DNA from: Rhina ancylostomus
Taxonomy: Eukaryota
DNA length: 64,000 bases
Direction of reading: 5' to 3'
Assembly (NCBI GenBank): GCA_030265395.1
Contig: JARFYF010000112.1
Coordinates: 62,684,983 to 62,748,982, forward strand
Shown here: positions 25,270 through 38,300 of the stretch, piece after piece
How the letters are laid out: each line of letters begins with the position of its first letter
How positions within the stretch are numbered: the first letter of the stretch is position 1
Translations under genes and position numbers: made by a program
Notes under the pieces: generated by a model
What the model saw: the letters and a program-made list of their open reading frames with translations, nothing else
Told to the model about the DNA's origin: nothing
The model's database searches: none

Positions 25270-25777
25270 GATTTAACAACTTAAATATAAATGAGATTAA
25301 AGTCCTGGATAGACTAAAAGGATTCAGTATAAAAGAGCTTCAGGAATGGATGATATTTAGTTCCACATGTACTGAGGAAGACAAGAAATCAGATTTCTAA
25401 GTCCTTTTTATTCCTAGGTAAGTTAGGGAAATTGATTATCAGGAGGGCACTTCAGGAATATCAACATGATTTTCAGCTAGTAAACAGTTGTCAATATTGT
25501 ACTAGAAAGGCAAGTTCATGCCAATCTAACCACCAACCTTCTGAAGCATGTTCTGAGTTGATTATAGAAGACCTCATTATCTTCAACTTGACTTCCAAAA
25601 ATTTTTGAGTGTTCTAGACAAAACACTGCTGGTTCATGCTAAAATATCAGGGAATAAATGGGAATGATTGTGAAATGCTAAAGGGTGTAAAAGAGCAAGT
25701 ATTTGTTGGAGCAGTAACTTTAGAGTGAGGAGTGGTATGGTGGAGTGGAGGACTTTGGGGTTTGGAAATGCTGATGT
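25270..25777 (+). mobile_element. Very old CR1-type RT remnant
   Basis: Degenerate blocks resembling VLDRLKG, HVLRK and cttgacttccaaaa (LDFQK) in the expected order. Confidence 0.35.
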
Positions 25778-25982
25778 NNNNNNNNNNNNNNNNNNNNNNN
25801 NNNNNNNNNNNNNNNNNNNNNNNNNNNNNNNNNNNNNNNNNNNNNNNNNNNNNNNNNNNNNNNNNNNNNNNNNNNNNGCTGATGTTAGTAATTTACATTA
25901 AAGCCTTGGCCATGCTGAGATCAAATGAGCAAGTGGTTCCACAGGGAGGGATGCCTGTGGCACTTGGCTGTTTACTTACTTA

Positions 25983-26275
25983 GTTATTACAACACAGGAG
26001 GAGGGATTTCAAAATGTTTTGTCCACGCCAGCTCTCAACAGAACAATTCCATTGGTCCCATTCCTTGTTTTCTTGTAACTTATTCTCTCTCGCATGCCCA
26101 TCAATTCTCCTTTGATTCCTTTGCCTTTTACCTTCACTAGGGAGAGATTTACAATATCTGCCACATACCTGTATAAATTTGGAATGTGGGAACACCTGGT
26201 GGAAACCCATCCAGTTGCTGGGAGAAGATGCAAACTCTCCGAAGCTGTGAAGCAGTAGTGCTACCAGTTCAGCAC
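25983..26275 (-). mobile_element. HE1-type V-SINE, partial
   Basis: tttggaatgtgggaacacctggtggaaacccatccag..gggagaagatgcaaactc is the reverse complement of the V-domain core seen at 14180-14270. Confidence 0.75.
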
Positions 26276-26752
26276 ATCTTCCATTTCCTTTTCCCCGTGA
26301 TACATCATGGAAGTTAAATGTGCTGGTGTATCTAACCTACTGCTCCATTGCTGGCAGTGCCACTGACTGCATTGGTGTACTTTGAACATACTGAGCTTCA
26401 CACAGGAGTTACTGACTTTCATTAACAAAGTAGGGTTTAGGTTAAATTTTGTTTTTATATTTTCCTTTTTTATTTATATTTAATTTGCATTAATTTAAAG
26501 TATTTTAACTAAAAAAAGGAAGTTTTAGTTAATTATTTAAATCTATTTAAACTGTGTTTTAAATGTCAAAGGCCATTAGGGTATTCCTGTGAAAAGACCA
26601 TTGGGTTGAGGCTTCCAGTAAAATGGGTGCCACAGATCTGCAAAAGATTAGTCCAGTTGCAGACAATGTAAGTATGGTTGTGGACAAGTATGATTGGAGT
26701 GCACACAATTTAGTGGTGACCTAAATCTAAAGGGAGCCTAGGCATGCAATAA

Positions 26753-27398
26753 CCACCAGGTCGGATCAGTGGTAAAGAAAGCGAATGCTATGTTAGCATT
26801 CATTTCGAGAGGTATAAAGTATAAAAGTAAGGAAGTATTGATGAGGCTCTATGGGGCACCAGTGAGGCCTCATTTGGAGTACTGTGCACAGTTTTGGGCC
26901 CCTTATCTTAGGAAGGGTGTACTGATGTTGGAGACGGTTCAGAAAAGATTTACGAGGATGATTCCCGGAATGAAAGGGCTTACAAATGATGAGCGTTTGT
27001 CAGCTCTTGGACTGTATTCATTGGAGTACAGAAGAATGAGAGGGGACCTCATAGAAACATTTAGAATGTTGANNNNNNNNNNNNNNNNNNNNNNNNNNNN
27101 NNNNNNNNNNNNNNNNNNNNNNNNNNNNNNNNNNNNNNNNNNNNNNNNNNNNNNNNNNNNNNNNNNNNNNNNTTTAGCCAGAGGTTAGTGAAATTATGGA
27201 ATTCTTTGCCACGTACAGCTATGGAGGCCCAATCATTGGAGGCGTTTAAGGAGGAGATCAATAGGTATCTAATTAGCCAAGGTATCAAGGGATATGGGGA
27301 TAAGGCCAGAAATTGAGGCTAGATAGGAATAGTATTAGTTTTGCTTATGGAGCAGACTTGATGGGCTGAATAGCCTACTTTGTCTTGTGATCTTGTGA
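26753..27398 (+). mobile_element. Relatively young CR1 LINE 3' portion (contains a 100-N gap)
   Basis: Open frame VKKANAMLAFISRGIKYKSKEVLMRLYGAPVRPHLEYCAQFWAPYLRK..RGDLIETFRM; 3' UTR with tcttgtga tail repeat. Confidence 0.95.
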
Positions 27399-27584
27399 AA
27401 TGAGTCCGAAGGAGTCATTGGTTAGTTGGTTGGTGGAGCACCTAAAATTTGCACTAAGAAATGTAACAATAAGCACTTGAATTGAACTAAGTAATTGAGC
27501 CAAACTTGAAAACCAGAGTACCTGTTTGAAAGTTATGCTGCTCCAGACCATTTCATCTTTATCCTTGATAAAGAATTAAAGGAT

Positions 27585-27680
27585 AGTAGATGGGCATGTG
27601 AGAGTGAATGGGTTGTAGGCTTGCAGGGAAGTAAGCAGGGGGAATGGGACTGATGGGTATTGCTCTATTGTGAGCAAGGT
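27585..27680 (+). mobile_element. HE1-type SINE 3' fragment
   Basis: gatgggcatgtgagagtgaatgggtt..gggaatgggactgatgggtattgctct parallels 14350-14420. Confidence 0.5.
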
Positions 27681-30140
27681 ATTGAGTAGAGTAATGGAGG
27701 TTCCTGCTGCTGAAGGGGGTCAATAAAGCAATCTGCAGGATAGAGGTTTTTGAGGACTCTTGAATATCTGCAGGAGTTCTTTTCCATTACAACAGAATAA
27801 AGGTATTCTACAATAAATCTGATTGATTTATTTGATCCAATAAAAATTAGATGAGCATTCATGTTGTTGTTTTACATTTAGTCCATTGAATGATTAGCAA
27901 TCCAAGTGTAACATACTTTTACCTCTTTTTGATTTCATGGCTAAATGATTCAGAATGCCATTAAACATTTTCCTATAATTACAATTTCAGCTGGACTTTG
28001 GTTCAAAGCTGAAACTCTTTTTATTGAAATCCTTGTTAAACTGAAAATAGTTCTGTAAAATACTTCAAAGACTTTTGTGCCTGACCTGAAGAATCGATGT
28101 ATGGCTCCAAATTTTATAATGTTGTTAAGCTGATTTCTACTGTGATTGGAGAGAAAAAAAGAATTTCACTGAATAATAAAAGTTGAATTTAGCCAATCGT
28201 GCTGAATTCAGAAAAGAACTGCAGTTGAAACATCTGTGTATAATCTTCAGATTCAGTAGTAAATATATTTGTTATGTAATGGTGTATGGGGTAGGCTAAA
28301 AAGGTGTTTACATGTAGTGCCATTATTGCAAATCATCACCAAATTAAATTTTTATTGTATTTTTCATGTAACACACGCAGTCTGCATTATCTACATATCT
28401 CCCTCTTCCAGACAGTCATTTGTATTGGACACAAGACAAAGACCATCTTCCATTACCATAGGCATCAACTACAATGTTAGTCTTCATGCATTTAAAACAT
28501 TTCTTATTTATAGTTTTCATTGCTTATGATGGGCAGATTACATTAATGACCATAACTCTGGTCTAAGCATTGCACGCAGCATTTTACATAAAAGCATAAT
28601 CCATATCTTACCATTTTTATAACCACAATGATCTTATTCATATAAAGAAATGTGCATTTCTGTTGGTCAACAGTCTTCTGTTTGCACTCTCTGTAACATT
28701 AAAATCTGTACCATTTCTGATATCTAAGGCCCAAATGTTCTTTTGGGGATAATGTCCCTCCAAATAGAAATGTCTCTGCAAACCGGTTATTATCCTAAGA
28801 CTTCCTCTAGAGTAGCAATAGTTCACATTTATAAAGCTCCTTTCACAGGGGAACTAAAACAAGGCAAGGTTCTGTCCAGGTGTGATCATGAAAATGGTTG
28901 CTGAACCAAAGAAGGTGATAATAGTGTTTATATTTGTTGCAGCTGTAGGACGGACATTATGAAAGTTAGGGAGTGGGGGCCAGGAACCAAATGATGAATT
29001 CAAACAAATTAAGAATTTTAAATTTGAGATGCTGTAAACCCGATAAGTAATGTAGCTCAAGATAAGAAAGTGACTTTGTCTGAATATGAAGTTAGGATAT
29101 AGGCAGGTGAGAATTGAATGAGAAGTAGTTTACCATTGTATTCCAACTACAATCTCCTTGCATTGGCCTATTCACAAATGAAAAGTTTGGAATAAATTAC
29201 AAGAGCATGAATCTTTTATGATTTCCAACTTTTACAGACTACTATAAACATAATATACAAATAGGGATAAAATTTCTTTAACTTAGCTTGATCATCTATT
29301 ATTCTGTGTATATTATTTATTACCAAATACATATTTACTGAAGATTGTTTGCTATTTTGATGCTGCTGTCACACAGCATATGTTGCGACTTTGTCACAAT
29401 CTCATCGCACCATACTTGGTATAAATAGCCACATTCATCACATTATTTTTACAACATTTTTGCTGTTCAAATTATATAAGGCTCAATGGATTGTCAAACA
29501 GCTCTGCTTGTGTTACATATTGTACTGATGGTTGTATTTTTACTATTTATTTATGGGTTTAAATGCATTTTGGACAAGATTTATATGATGTCACAAAATA
29601 CTTAGCCCAGATGGTGAGAAAGGATAAATGACATCTCCATTTACAGTTTTTCATTCATAGTTCATTANNNNNNNNNNTATGATGTCTGGCTATATTACAT
29701 TACACTAAACTGTTGATATTTGTATGTTTTTTGATCAGAATATTGAAAATAGTATGCTAACAAATTGGTGCTTAAAATAGTGTCCTGACACATAGTTATC
29801 TGTTGAGATTGTTTAACAATGAGTAGAATATAGCTGATTTTGCAGTTTAAAAGCTGAACAATATGTTTACATGCATTAAAAGCGATGGAAATGAAAAATT
29901 GACAATCTCTATAATGAGTGGTCAATTTACAATGCTGGATTACTGATTGAGCAGCAAGTTGAAATTCAACTGCAGTGTCTAGCCGAATCACGCTGGTGTC
30001 AAAATTAATTAAGATATGCAAGAGCAAAAGCTTCTGGATGAAACTTTTCAGCTGAATACTGTTGGATGTGAAGCATCCATGATCCTGCTGCCAGGATGTT
30101 AGCTGGACTGGGGCAACAGCAGTTCCTCTGTTGAAAGAAG

Positions 30141-31115
30141 AATCATAGAACAGTACAGCACAACACAGGCCCCTCAGCCCTCAATGCCACGCTGACCCTT
30201 AAACCTTGCCTAAGACCATCTAACCTCTACCTCCCCCGTATGCCTCTATTTTAAATTCCTCCATATGTCTATCTAGCAATTTCTTGAATTTGACCAATTT
30301 ACCTGCTTCCACCACTACCCCAGGCAGCACATTCCATGCCCCAACCACTCTCTGGGTAAAAAAAAACCTTCCTCTGATATCGCCCTTGAACTTCCCACTC
30401 ATTACTTTAAAGCCTTGCCCTCTTGTATTGAGCATTGGTGCCCTNNNNNNNNNNNNNNNNNNNNNNNNNNNNNNNNNNNNNNNNNNNNNNNNNNNNNNNN
30501 NNNNNNNNNNNNNNNNNNNNNNNNNNNNNNNNNNNNNNNNNNNNCCACCAACCTTTGTGTCATCTGCAAACTTGCCAACCCACCCTTCTACCCCCTCATC
30601 CAAGTCATTAATAAAAATCACAAAAAGCAGAGGTCCCAGAACCGATCCTTGTGGGACACCACTGGTCGCAGCCCTCCAATCTGAATGTACTCCCTCTGCC
30701 ACAACCCTCTGCTTTCTACAGGCAAGCCAATTCTGAATCCACATGGCCAAGCTTTCCTGTATCCTGTGCCCTCTGACCCTCTGAAGAAGCCTACCATGTG
30801 GAACCTTGTCAAATGCCTTACTAAAATCCACGGAGACCACATCTACTGCACTATCCTTATCAATCTGCCTGGTCACCTCCCCAGAGAGCCCTATCAGGCT
30901 TGTGAATCATGATCTGCCCTTCACAAAGTCATGCTGGCTGTCCCTGATCAGACCATGATTCTCTAAATGGCCATAGATCCTATCTCTAAGAATCCTTACC
31001 AACAGCTTGCCCACCACAGATGTAAGGCTCACTGGTCTATAATTCCCTGGATTATCCCTACTACCCTTTTTGAATAAGGGGACAACATTTGCCACCCTCC
31101 AATCCTCTGGTACCA
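30141..31115 (-). mobile_element. Young 5'-truncated CR1 LINE, RT domain plus 3' UTR (gap at 30445-30544)
   Basis: [77 protein letters not shown], and the CR1 C-terminus TRGQGFKV..FFTQRVVGAWN. Confidence 0.97.
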
Positions 31116-31999
31116 AGCATTGAATCCATCCTAGAACTTTTCTTGCACTGTAGTTGTAGTAAATGATGAAACAACATATTGCATTGTAAGTCATTTACAG
31201 ATTTTAAATGGTACCTGTAATTCAAAAATGAGCATCGGGGTACCATTTTTGCCTTGCATGCTTAATTTAACCAACATACCTGCATAAAATCTGTGGAACA
31301 GAATTAATAGTGGAGATACCTGCTCAAAGCAAGAATTAATCCATTATTGTCACTGTTGAAGGTCAACAGCCCATCTTTGAAATACTGAGCCTGGAATAGG
31401 TGACAAACCCAAGTAACATTCAGGCACTGATAGCTTTCTGTTAAATGAGCTGGTGACTCAGACCCAAAGACACCATATCAGAGTTGAACATACAGATTGT
31501 TGATTACAAACCATTTAACCATTCTTACAAAAAACTCATTGTTACCAAACTGATAGAAAGACACACACGGTGGTAAAGGAGTAAAGCATTTTTAAGACAT
31601 TGTGAATATTCATTATATATTTAATTAGCGAGACTTATAAGTTCAGTAGTAGAAAACCCAACAGCTATTCCTATTGATTCCTGCTCTAGAATATTTATGA
31701 GCTCTGTATAACCACGTGCTGGAAATGTTTCCAATTGTTTGATCTTGAGCTCAGGCTTTCTGAGCTTCATGAGTGATTGGAGGAGAGGGATAAAGCTTGC
31801 AGCTGCAGAAGGATCAACCTGAATCTGCTGATGAGGAAACCTCTGTAAACAAGAATCCAAGACAAAATAAATTAGCATTTCGAAAAAATGTAGGCTATGA
31901 AGTTAAAATCATTAAAAATCTGTAAGGGCATATTGTATTTAGCCAGGTTCTTTAAAGAACTCGTGGGTTGGAAGTGAAGAAATCTTGCTGAAACTCTAT

Positions 32000-32510
32000 A
32001 GAGCTTTGAGATTATCCTTAGAGTGTGCTGAAGGGTATACTCTGCTTGCTTGGAGTCAGCACAGTGTTTATTCAATAGATTGGTGTTCGGAATGAAGCAG
32101 TTTTCATATCAAGAGAAGTTGAGTTACATTTGCCTCTATTTAAGTTCAGAAGAGTGAGCAGTGAATCATTGAAACATACAAGATTCTGAAAAGGGTTGAT
32201 AGGCCAGATGGAGAGAGGGTCGATCCTCGTGCTGGAGAATGTAGCACTTTGGTTTCAGGATAAGATCCCCAGTTAGCACTGAGATGAAGCTAATTTCTTT
32301 TTTAACAGAGAGAATCTGAAATGCTTAATATTCTATACCTTGGCTGTCTATGGTTAGATATTGACTACTGAGGCTGAAATTGATAACATCTAAAGAATCT
32401 GTGAATTAGGGCAAATGAGGATGAAAAAAGAAAGGGGATGAAGTCCAGGAGAGACCACAATTTTATTGAATGGAGGTGTAGTCCCAAAAGGCTGAAAAGT
32501 CTATATCAAT
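32000..32510 (+). mobile_element. Old CR1 LINE 3' portion
   Basis: agttcagaagagtgagcagtgaatcattgaaacatacaagattctgaaaagggttgatagg is a decayed RRxRGDLIETYKILxG.DR segment; CR1 3' UTR remnant follows. Confidence 0.7.
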
Positions 32511-32524
32511 TTTAGATAGAGTTA

Positions 32525-33800
32525 ATGATGTGTGAATGGGCTTTCACAAGGCATTTGATAAGGCATTACAGAGTAGATGTAAGCAAATGTAATAGTCTTA
32601 AGATTTAAGAGGCAGCTTGAATCAAAATTTGTTTCAGATGAAAGATGCAGATAGGAGTAGAAAACAGTTTTTCAAGCCAGAGGCTAGTATTAGGAACATA
32701 GTTTTGCTGTTTATCATTGACGTGGACATGGATAAACTGTGCAGAATTTCAAAGTTTTTAAATGATGCAAAATTTAAATGTGCTATAAAATGAGCTGGTT
32801 GTTAACAAATTTCAGGAGGACATGGGTAAATGTTAATGAAGTTTAATGCAGGGATATAGTGAAGATTTGCATTTTATTGCAAAGAACAATGATGCACAGT
32901 CAAGTTAAATTGTCCTGCTTTAAAGGAGGTACAAGATAATAATGACAGCTGGGGGTATCTGTGCCCAGATTTTTGAAGTTGACTGAATAAGATAAGGGCA
33001 TTTCATATTTTAAAATACAACATGTGATCATTGGCTTCATCCTCATAGAGGAATGGAATATAAAACTAAGAAAGTAACACTAAATAGTTTTGAAAACACT
33101 AAGGACTAGGCTGATGTGTGTTTAATTTAGGACAACATACATTAGAAAATACGTCCAGATCTTGATGGGTGTGTAGGAAAGATGCACTAGAATGGAACCA
33201 GGGAAAAGGGTCTTTGAGCGTGTGGAGAAAATTCATTTAGAACTTTTTTCTGTCCTGAAGATGTAAAAAATTAAAAGATGAGTGATTTTTTTTATATATG
33301 TACTGTATGGTGAATGAGGAGAAACTCATTCCTGTGACAGAAGGATTGATAACCAGAGGACCCACATTTAATGCCATTGGAGGGAGAACCAGATATGCAC
33401 AAAGTAATCTATTTTTACATATTGGGACAGGTTGTGCTGGATCTGATTCACTGCCTGGATTTGCTGCTGGTTGTGCCTACGCCACCCAGACTAAAGGGCT
33501 GGATAAGCTGAGTGTAAGTACCCAACTTGCTCTGAGCAGTAGGTAGGCCTTGGGCTTCATACCTTTGAGAACCCAACCTTGGAGCACCCTACAGACATTG
33601 ACCGCTTGCTTTGAACCAGGGGATTATAATCTGGAACATGCAGTTGAAAGCAGATTGAGCAGTAGGATCCAAAGAAGGATTGGATACTTGAACAGAAAAT
33701 ATTGCAGGTCTATAAGATGAGTAGGGAATAGTTTTATTGGCAAACACCAGAAAAGCTGTTACCAGCATAGTTGGCCTAATGGAATTGTATACAAAATTAC
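32525..33800 (+). mobile_element. Old, heavily decayed CR1 LINE (RT to 3' UTR)
   Basis: ggctttcacaaggcatttgataagg (FxKAFDK), aagtttttaaatgatgcaaaattt (KFxDDxK), ggaatagaatataaa-like block and gataaccagaggaccca (TRGH) in order. Confidence 0.65.
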
Positions 33801-35004
33801 TCTATGAAATCACTCTCAAAGGTTTCCAATGCTAAGCAGTTTTTTCTCTCTCTCTCTCTTCATAATAAGGCAATGGAATCTTTTGTAACAGTAATATCTT
33901 CTGAATAAAGATAATTTAATTCAAATAACTGACAAGTAAGAAAGTAACACAAATGAAGGTGACATTTTCTTCAGGCTATCCTTGAACTTAGCATTAGTCT
34001 TTATAAAATCTGCTCAGAACTGTGTTGGAATAAAAGTTGTACAAACTTTCATTTGAGGAATAATTATATTGAAGGCAGAATCGAATGCTCTCTGGGGCAG
34101 ATTTGGCCAGCCTGGCCCACACCTTTGCCCATCTCCCTCAGGCAGCAAAGCTGAAAACAAGCTCAGTGGTAAAAACTTGAATTGTGTTTTATTAGTTTTT
34201 AATCAATTGATTTTTAAAGTATGTTCTTGGGTTATGAGCACTGGTGCTTTTATCGGGCACATTCAGTTGTCATGAACAAGAGAAAAGGTTGTGATGGTGT
34301 TTCTACAATATTGCTGCTCATGTCTTCTAGTGCGAAGGGATGATGATGAGCTTCATTTAATATCCCAGTTAATACACATAGATGGTGACCGCACACAGTC
34401 AGTGATTGTAGGGGTGATATTGAATTCAGAAGCAAGAGCTGCTCATATATTTGTGTCAGTGTACTGAAGCATGTCTCACAGCTGCTGGCAATGCTAACCA
34501 AATCATTTTTCAGGAAGACACATATATAGGTGAATGCTAACTTATATATAGAATTAAGCAGTGCTAGCAATTTCTGTTTTATTTGTGATTTTCAGTGTTC
34601 ATAGACTTTTTGCTGATGTATACTTCCCAAGTCCAACCAGTCTTTAAGCGGACCTGCCTGTCTGGTGGAATTGGAGAATTTGGAAAGTTTGCACCCATAG
34701 ATGCAATAGTCTGTGCCACATCTACCTCATTAACCATCAGGTGAAGGCCAATGCAAGGACTGATAAAATGCTCACAATGTGAAATACACACAAAATATCA
34801 AGCCCTGACGCTAACGATATTAGCTCCTTAGTCATCCTCTCTTGGATGTAGCCTCTAAATTGCTGATAGGCTATTGAGGCTCAGTATTCAAAATGTTCAT
34901 GTGCGAGAGTATGGGAATTGTACTTCTTGATATGGGGAACATGACATTAACATTTTGTTATTTTCTGTAATGCATTTCAAAGGGTATTAATTTTTATTCA
35001 CTTT

Positions 35005-36420
35005 GCAGGATGTAGTGTTGCTGCCAAGGCCAGCATTTATTATCCATCCATTATCTCCCTTAAAGAGATGGTGGTGAGTGGCCTTCTTGAGCTACTGCAG
35101 TCTAGTGAAGGTACTCCCATGACATTGGTGATTAGGGATCTACATGCAGTGGTGATGGAGTTCAATATATTTTCAAGTTCAGATGGTTTGGGATTTGGTG
35201 ACAAAACTGCAGTTGATGGGTTTTTTTCATGAATCTGCTATCCTAGTCATTGGTAATAGAGGCCATAGTTTGGGTAGTTGCTGTGAAAGAAGTTTTAGCA
35301 AGATGCTTCTCAGCATTTTGTAGATGGTGCATACCACCACCACATGCAATGTGCCATTCATCTGGCAAGTGAATGCTCAGAAGAAGGGAATGGGTGTATG
35401 GCCTTGCTCTAGACACTGATGAACTTCTTGAGTGTTGTTGGAACTCATTCAGGCAAGCGGAGCGTATTCTATCACATTCATGCATGGCTGCTATTATTGG
35501 AGATGGTAGAAAAATCTGGAGTTCAAATGTGTGTCATTTGCCACAGAAAACCCAATCTTTTTTCTCCTGGCTGTAGTATATATTGTGGCTGGTCCAGTTG
35601 AGTTTTTAGAGTGTTTCCTAGAGTGTTGGTGGTAGATGACTCTGGAATGATGATCCTGTTGAATTCAGGGTTTGGAGATTGTTGGCAATGGATAATGTCT
35701 GCCACATGTGTGGCTTGAATATTACTTTCCACGAATCAGTCCTTGTCTGGGTCTTACTGCTATCTCAATATCTTCCTCATTTAAAATACTGGATGATAGC
35801 CGGTTACTTAAACTAGAAGCGTTTTGTTAATAAAAAGAACTTGCAGAGAGTCAAGACAGCATTTCTATTGTGCAATCACTACATTAGAGGCGGGCTGACT
35901 TCTGGCATATTACACAATAACCATTCTAACAATAACACAGAAAGACTCTAAAACTGTTCGCATAAAACAGTTCTTTAAGTGGAACCAACCAGTCTTATCG
36001 TGTGTTATATTGCAATTAACCATGAGCTGCTTCAGTGTGTGAGAAGGTGCAAGTAGAATTGAACATTATATAACGATCAGCAAAAATCCCCACTTCCAAC
36101 CTTATGATGGAAGGAAAGTCATTGATGAAGCAGGTGAAGGTGGCTGTTAGTAAGACACTGTTATTGGGAACCCCTGCAAAATAATGACCATCTTCCTTTG
36201 TGCAAGATAGATTTCTAACCAGCTGAAGATTTTCCCTTTCATTTCCATTGACTTTAGTTTTGCCAAGGTTTCTTGTTTCCACACGTGGCAAGTATAACCT
36301 TGATCTCAATAGCTGCCACAATAACCTTGCCTTTAGAATTTGGCTCTTTGGACCAAAGACGTAACAAGGTTTTAGAGCCCAGTGTGCCTGGCAGAACTTC
36401 TGAGTTGTTGCTACCACATG
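35005..36420 (-). mobile_element. Old CR1-clade LINE of a second subfamily, interrupted at ~35760-36015
   Basis: RT peptide AGVPNNSVLLTATFTCFINDFPSIIRLEVGIFAD (36016-36417 ORF); C-terminal fragments EYAPLA/LNWTS-like; 3' end gccaaggccagcatttattatccatcc. Confidence 0.8.
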
Positions 36421-38076
36421 GAATTCATATTGAATGTCAGATCTGTTGCCTTATTTTTACCAACTCACCAGTAAACATCTCTGAGCTCACTGACATTCCA
36501 AATATTCAAAGTGAATTGTATTAATTTGAATTGGAAACTTGGTTTGGATAGTATTTTTAAAGTTTAGATTTGTTGTATGTATGTGCTCAAAAGACAAAGA
36601 ACAACCATTTTAACTGGCAGCTAATTAGATTTTTTAGCTCAGCTACATGGAAAGTCAGGTGGAGTGGAGCATGAGCTGCTACTGTACAGACTCAAACAGG
36701 TCAGTTCATAATTGTCAGCACACAAAGCCTCTTAAAATATTTCAAATATCCTTTTGGTATTGGTTTATAAAGCTAGCAGTATCATACTGCTCTCATACAA
36801 TAATTGGAGACCATTTATGTCATAGGGAGAAATCTTTAAAAATGTTATTTTAGGATTAAAATCTCCCCAAATTCTGAACACATTTGCTCTAGAATCTACT
36901 TTCATAAGCTGAGGAATTTCACTGGAAAAGACATAAATTGTTATTGAGGTGCTGAAGATATCTGGGACTCCAAAGGAAATATTTCTGTGTCTTCTCAAAG
37001 GCATCAGATAACAATAAATCAGCTTATTTAAGAACAGCAATTGCATGATAAAAATATGTTAATGCCAACCCAGAGTGTCTCTTTGTTTGTTTATTGCACT
37101 TTAGCATAACAGCAATTAGATCCTGCGGGGGCTTCAAGCTGCTGTTTCCCCATCACAGATGTTTCATTTGAAATACTTGGCCATAATTCTGAGATTTAGG
37201 CAGCTTTCTGAGGCTGAAAATTTCACCATAACAACCACCATAAGCATAATCAATTCATAATCTGATTCAGTGCTCAAAGATACAACTTTCTGGAAACTGT
37301 GAGCCTCTGTAGCAATATATAAATATTTCCCTTTTGGTTATCAAAGATTTGAATGTTTTCATGCCAACTATTACTCGGTTTGTTGTATCAACTATTTTTC
37401 TTAGTAATTGCCTATTTGCTACTTATCTCAACATATCTCCAAGGGCTCGAATTGCAGTTGCCACTCTTATTGCCTTATTTTATTCTTCTCTGCTGTGATG
37501 TAGGCACTTTTATTTGGATTGTAAGACTAGATAATTAAGGGGAAAAACAGTGTATGAATCAAGATACCATTAACTGCTTTTGATTAGTATGTTGGTACAT
37601 GTGTTCTATGCATTGTGTTTATAGGCATCATAGAAAGTCGCTGAGGGAAGCTCAGATTTATCAGTTCTTAACAACCACTCAAAGGTTTGTTATTAGTGTC
37701 GAGTGAACAGAATTTGTGGCGGAACTATTAGCTTGTAGTTTTGCTTTTCCAGTGCTTTGCCTCCATAGGAGTTTCTTTTTTTTCCTTTCTACTCATTACC
37801 ATCTGGCAGATGTTCATGTTTTCTTAATTGTGACTATTGTATTTTGTGTTCAATTTGAAGAAGGGTTTTTAAATATTTGCCTTTAATCTATGCAAATCTG
37901 CCCACTGGCCATCAGTTATCACTCTACAATAATCTGAAAATGGTGAAAAAGAATTTGTCATGCATATTTTCACAAGGAAGGCAGTGATTTTGCTGGAGCA
38001 TTGGTAAAACTGTATTTTTAGCCAATATCCTCCACATGTAGAACAGTGATTTCTCTTAATTCTCACAGTTCTCAAT

Positions 38077-38300
38077 GACATAGGAGCCTAGTTGTCCCAT
38101 GGAGTCTTAGCCAGCTCTCAGATCATTCCCCTATTATTTTCCTGTAATCTATTTCCTTTCACATGCCTATATAGTACCCCCAACCCCTCCCGATTCTCTT
38201 ATGACCCACCTGCTCTAAGGGACAATTAACAGTAGCCATCTAAACAGTACATCTTTGGGATGTGGGCAGAAACCAAAACGTCTGGGAACTCGTGCATCCT
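38077..38300 (-). mobile_element. HE1-type V-SINE, partial
   Basis: Collinear with 25983-26275 (gccagctctc, ttttcctgtaa.ctattt, cacatgcc, tctttgggatgtggg). Confidence 0.7.

Noticed and set aside
30220-30876. 218-aa ORF, the longest in the track
   Set aside because: It is CR1 reverse transcriptase artificially joined to the CR1 C-terminus across a 100-N placeholder gap; not a host gene or an intact ORF2.
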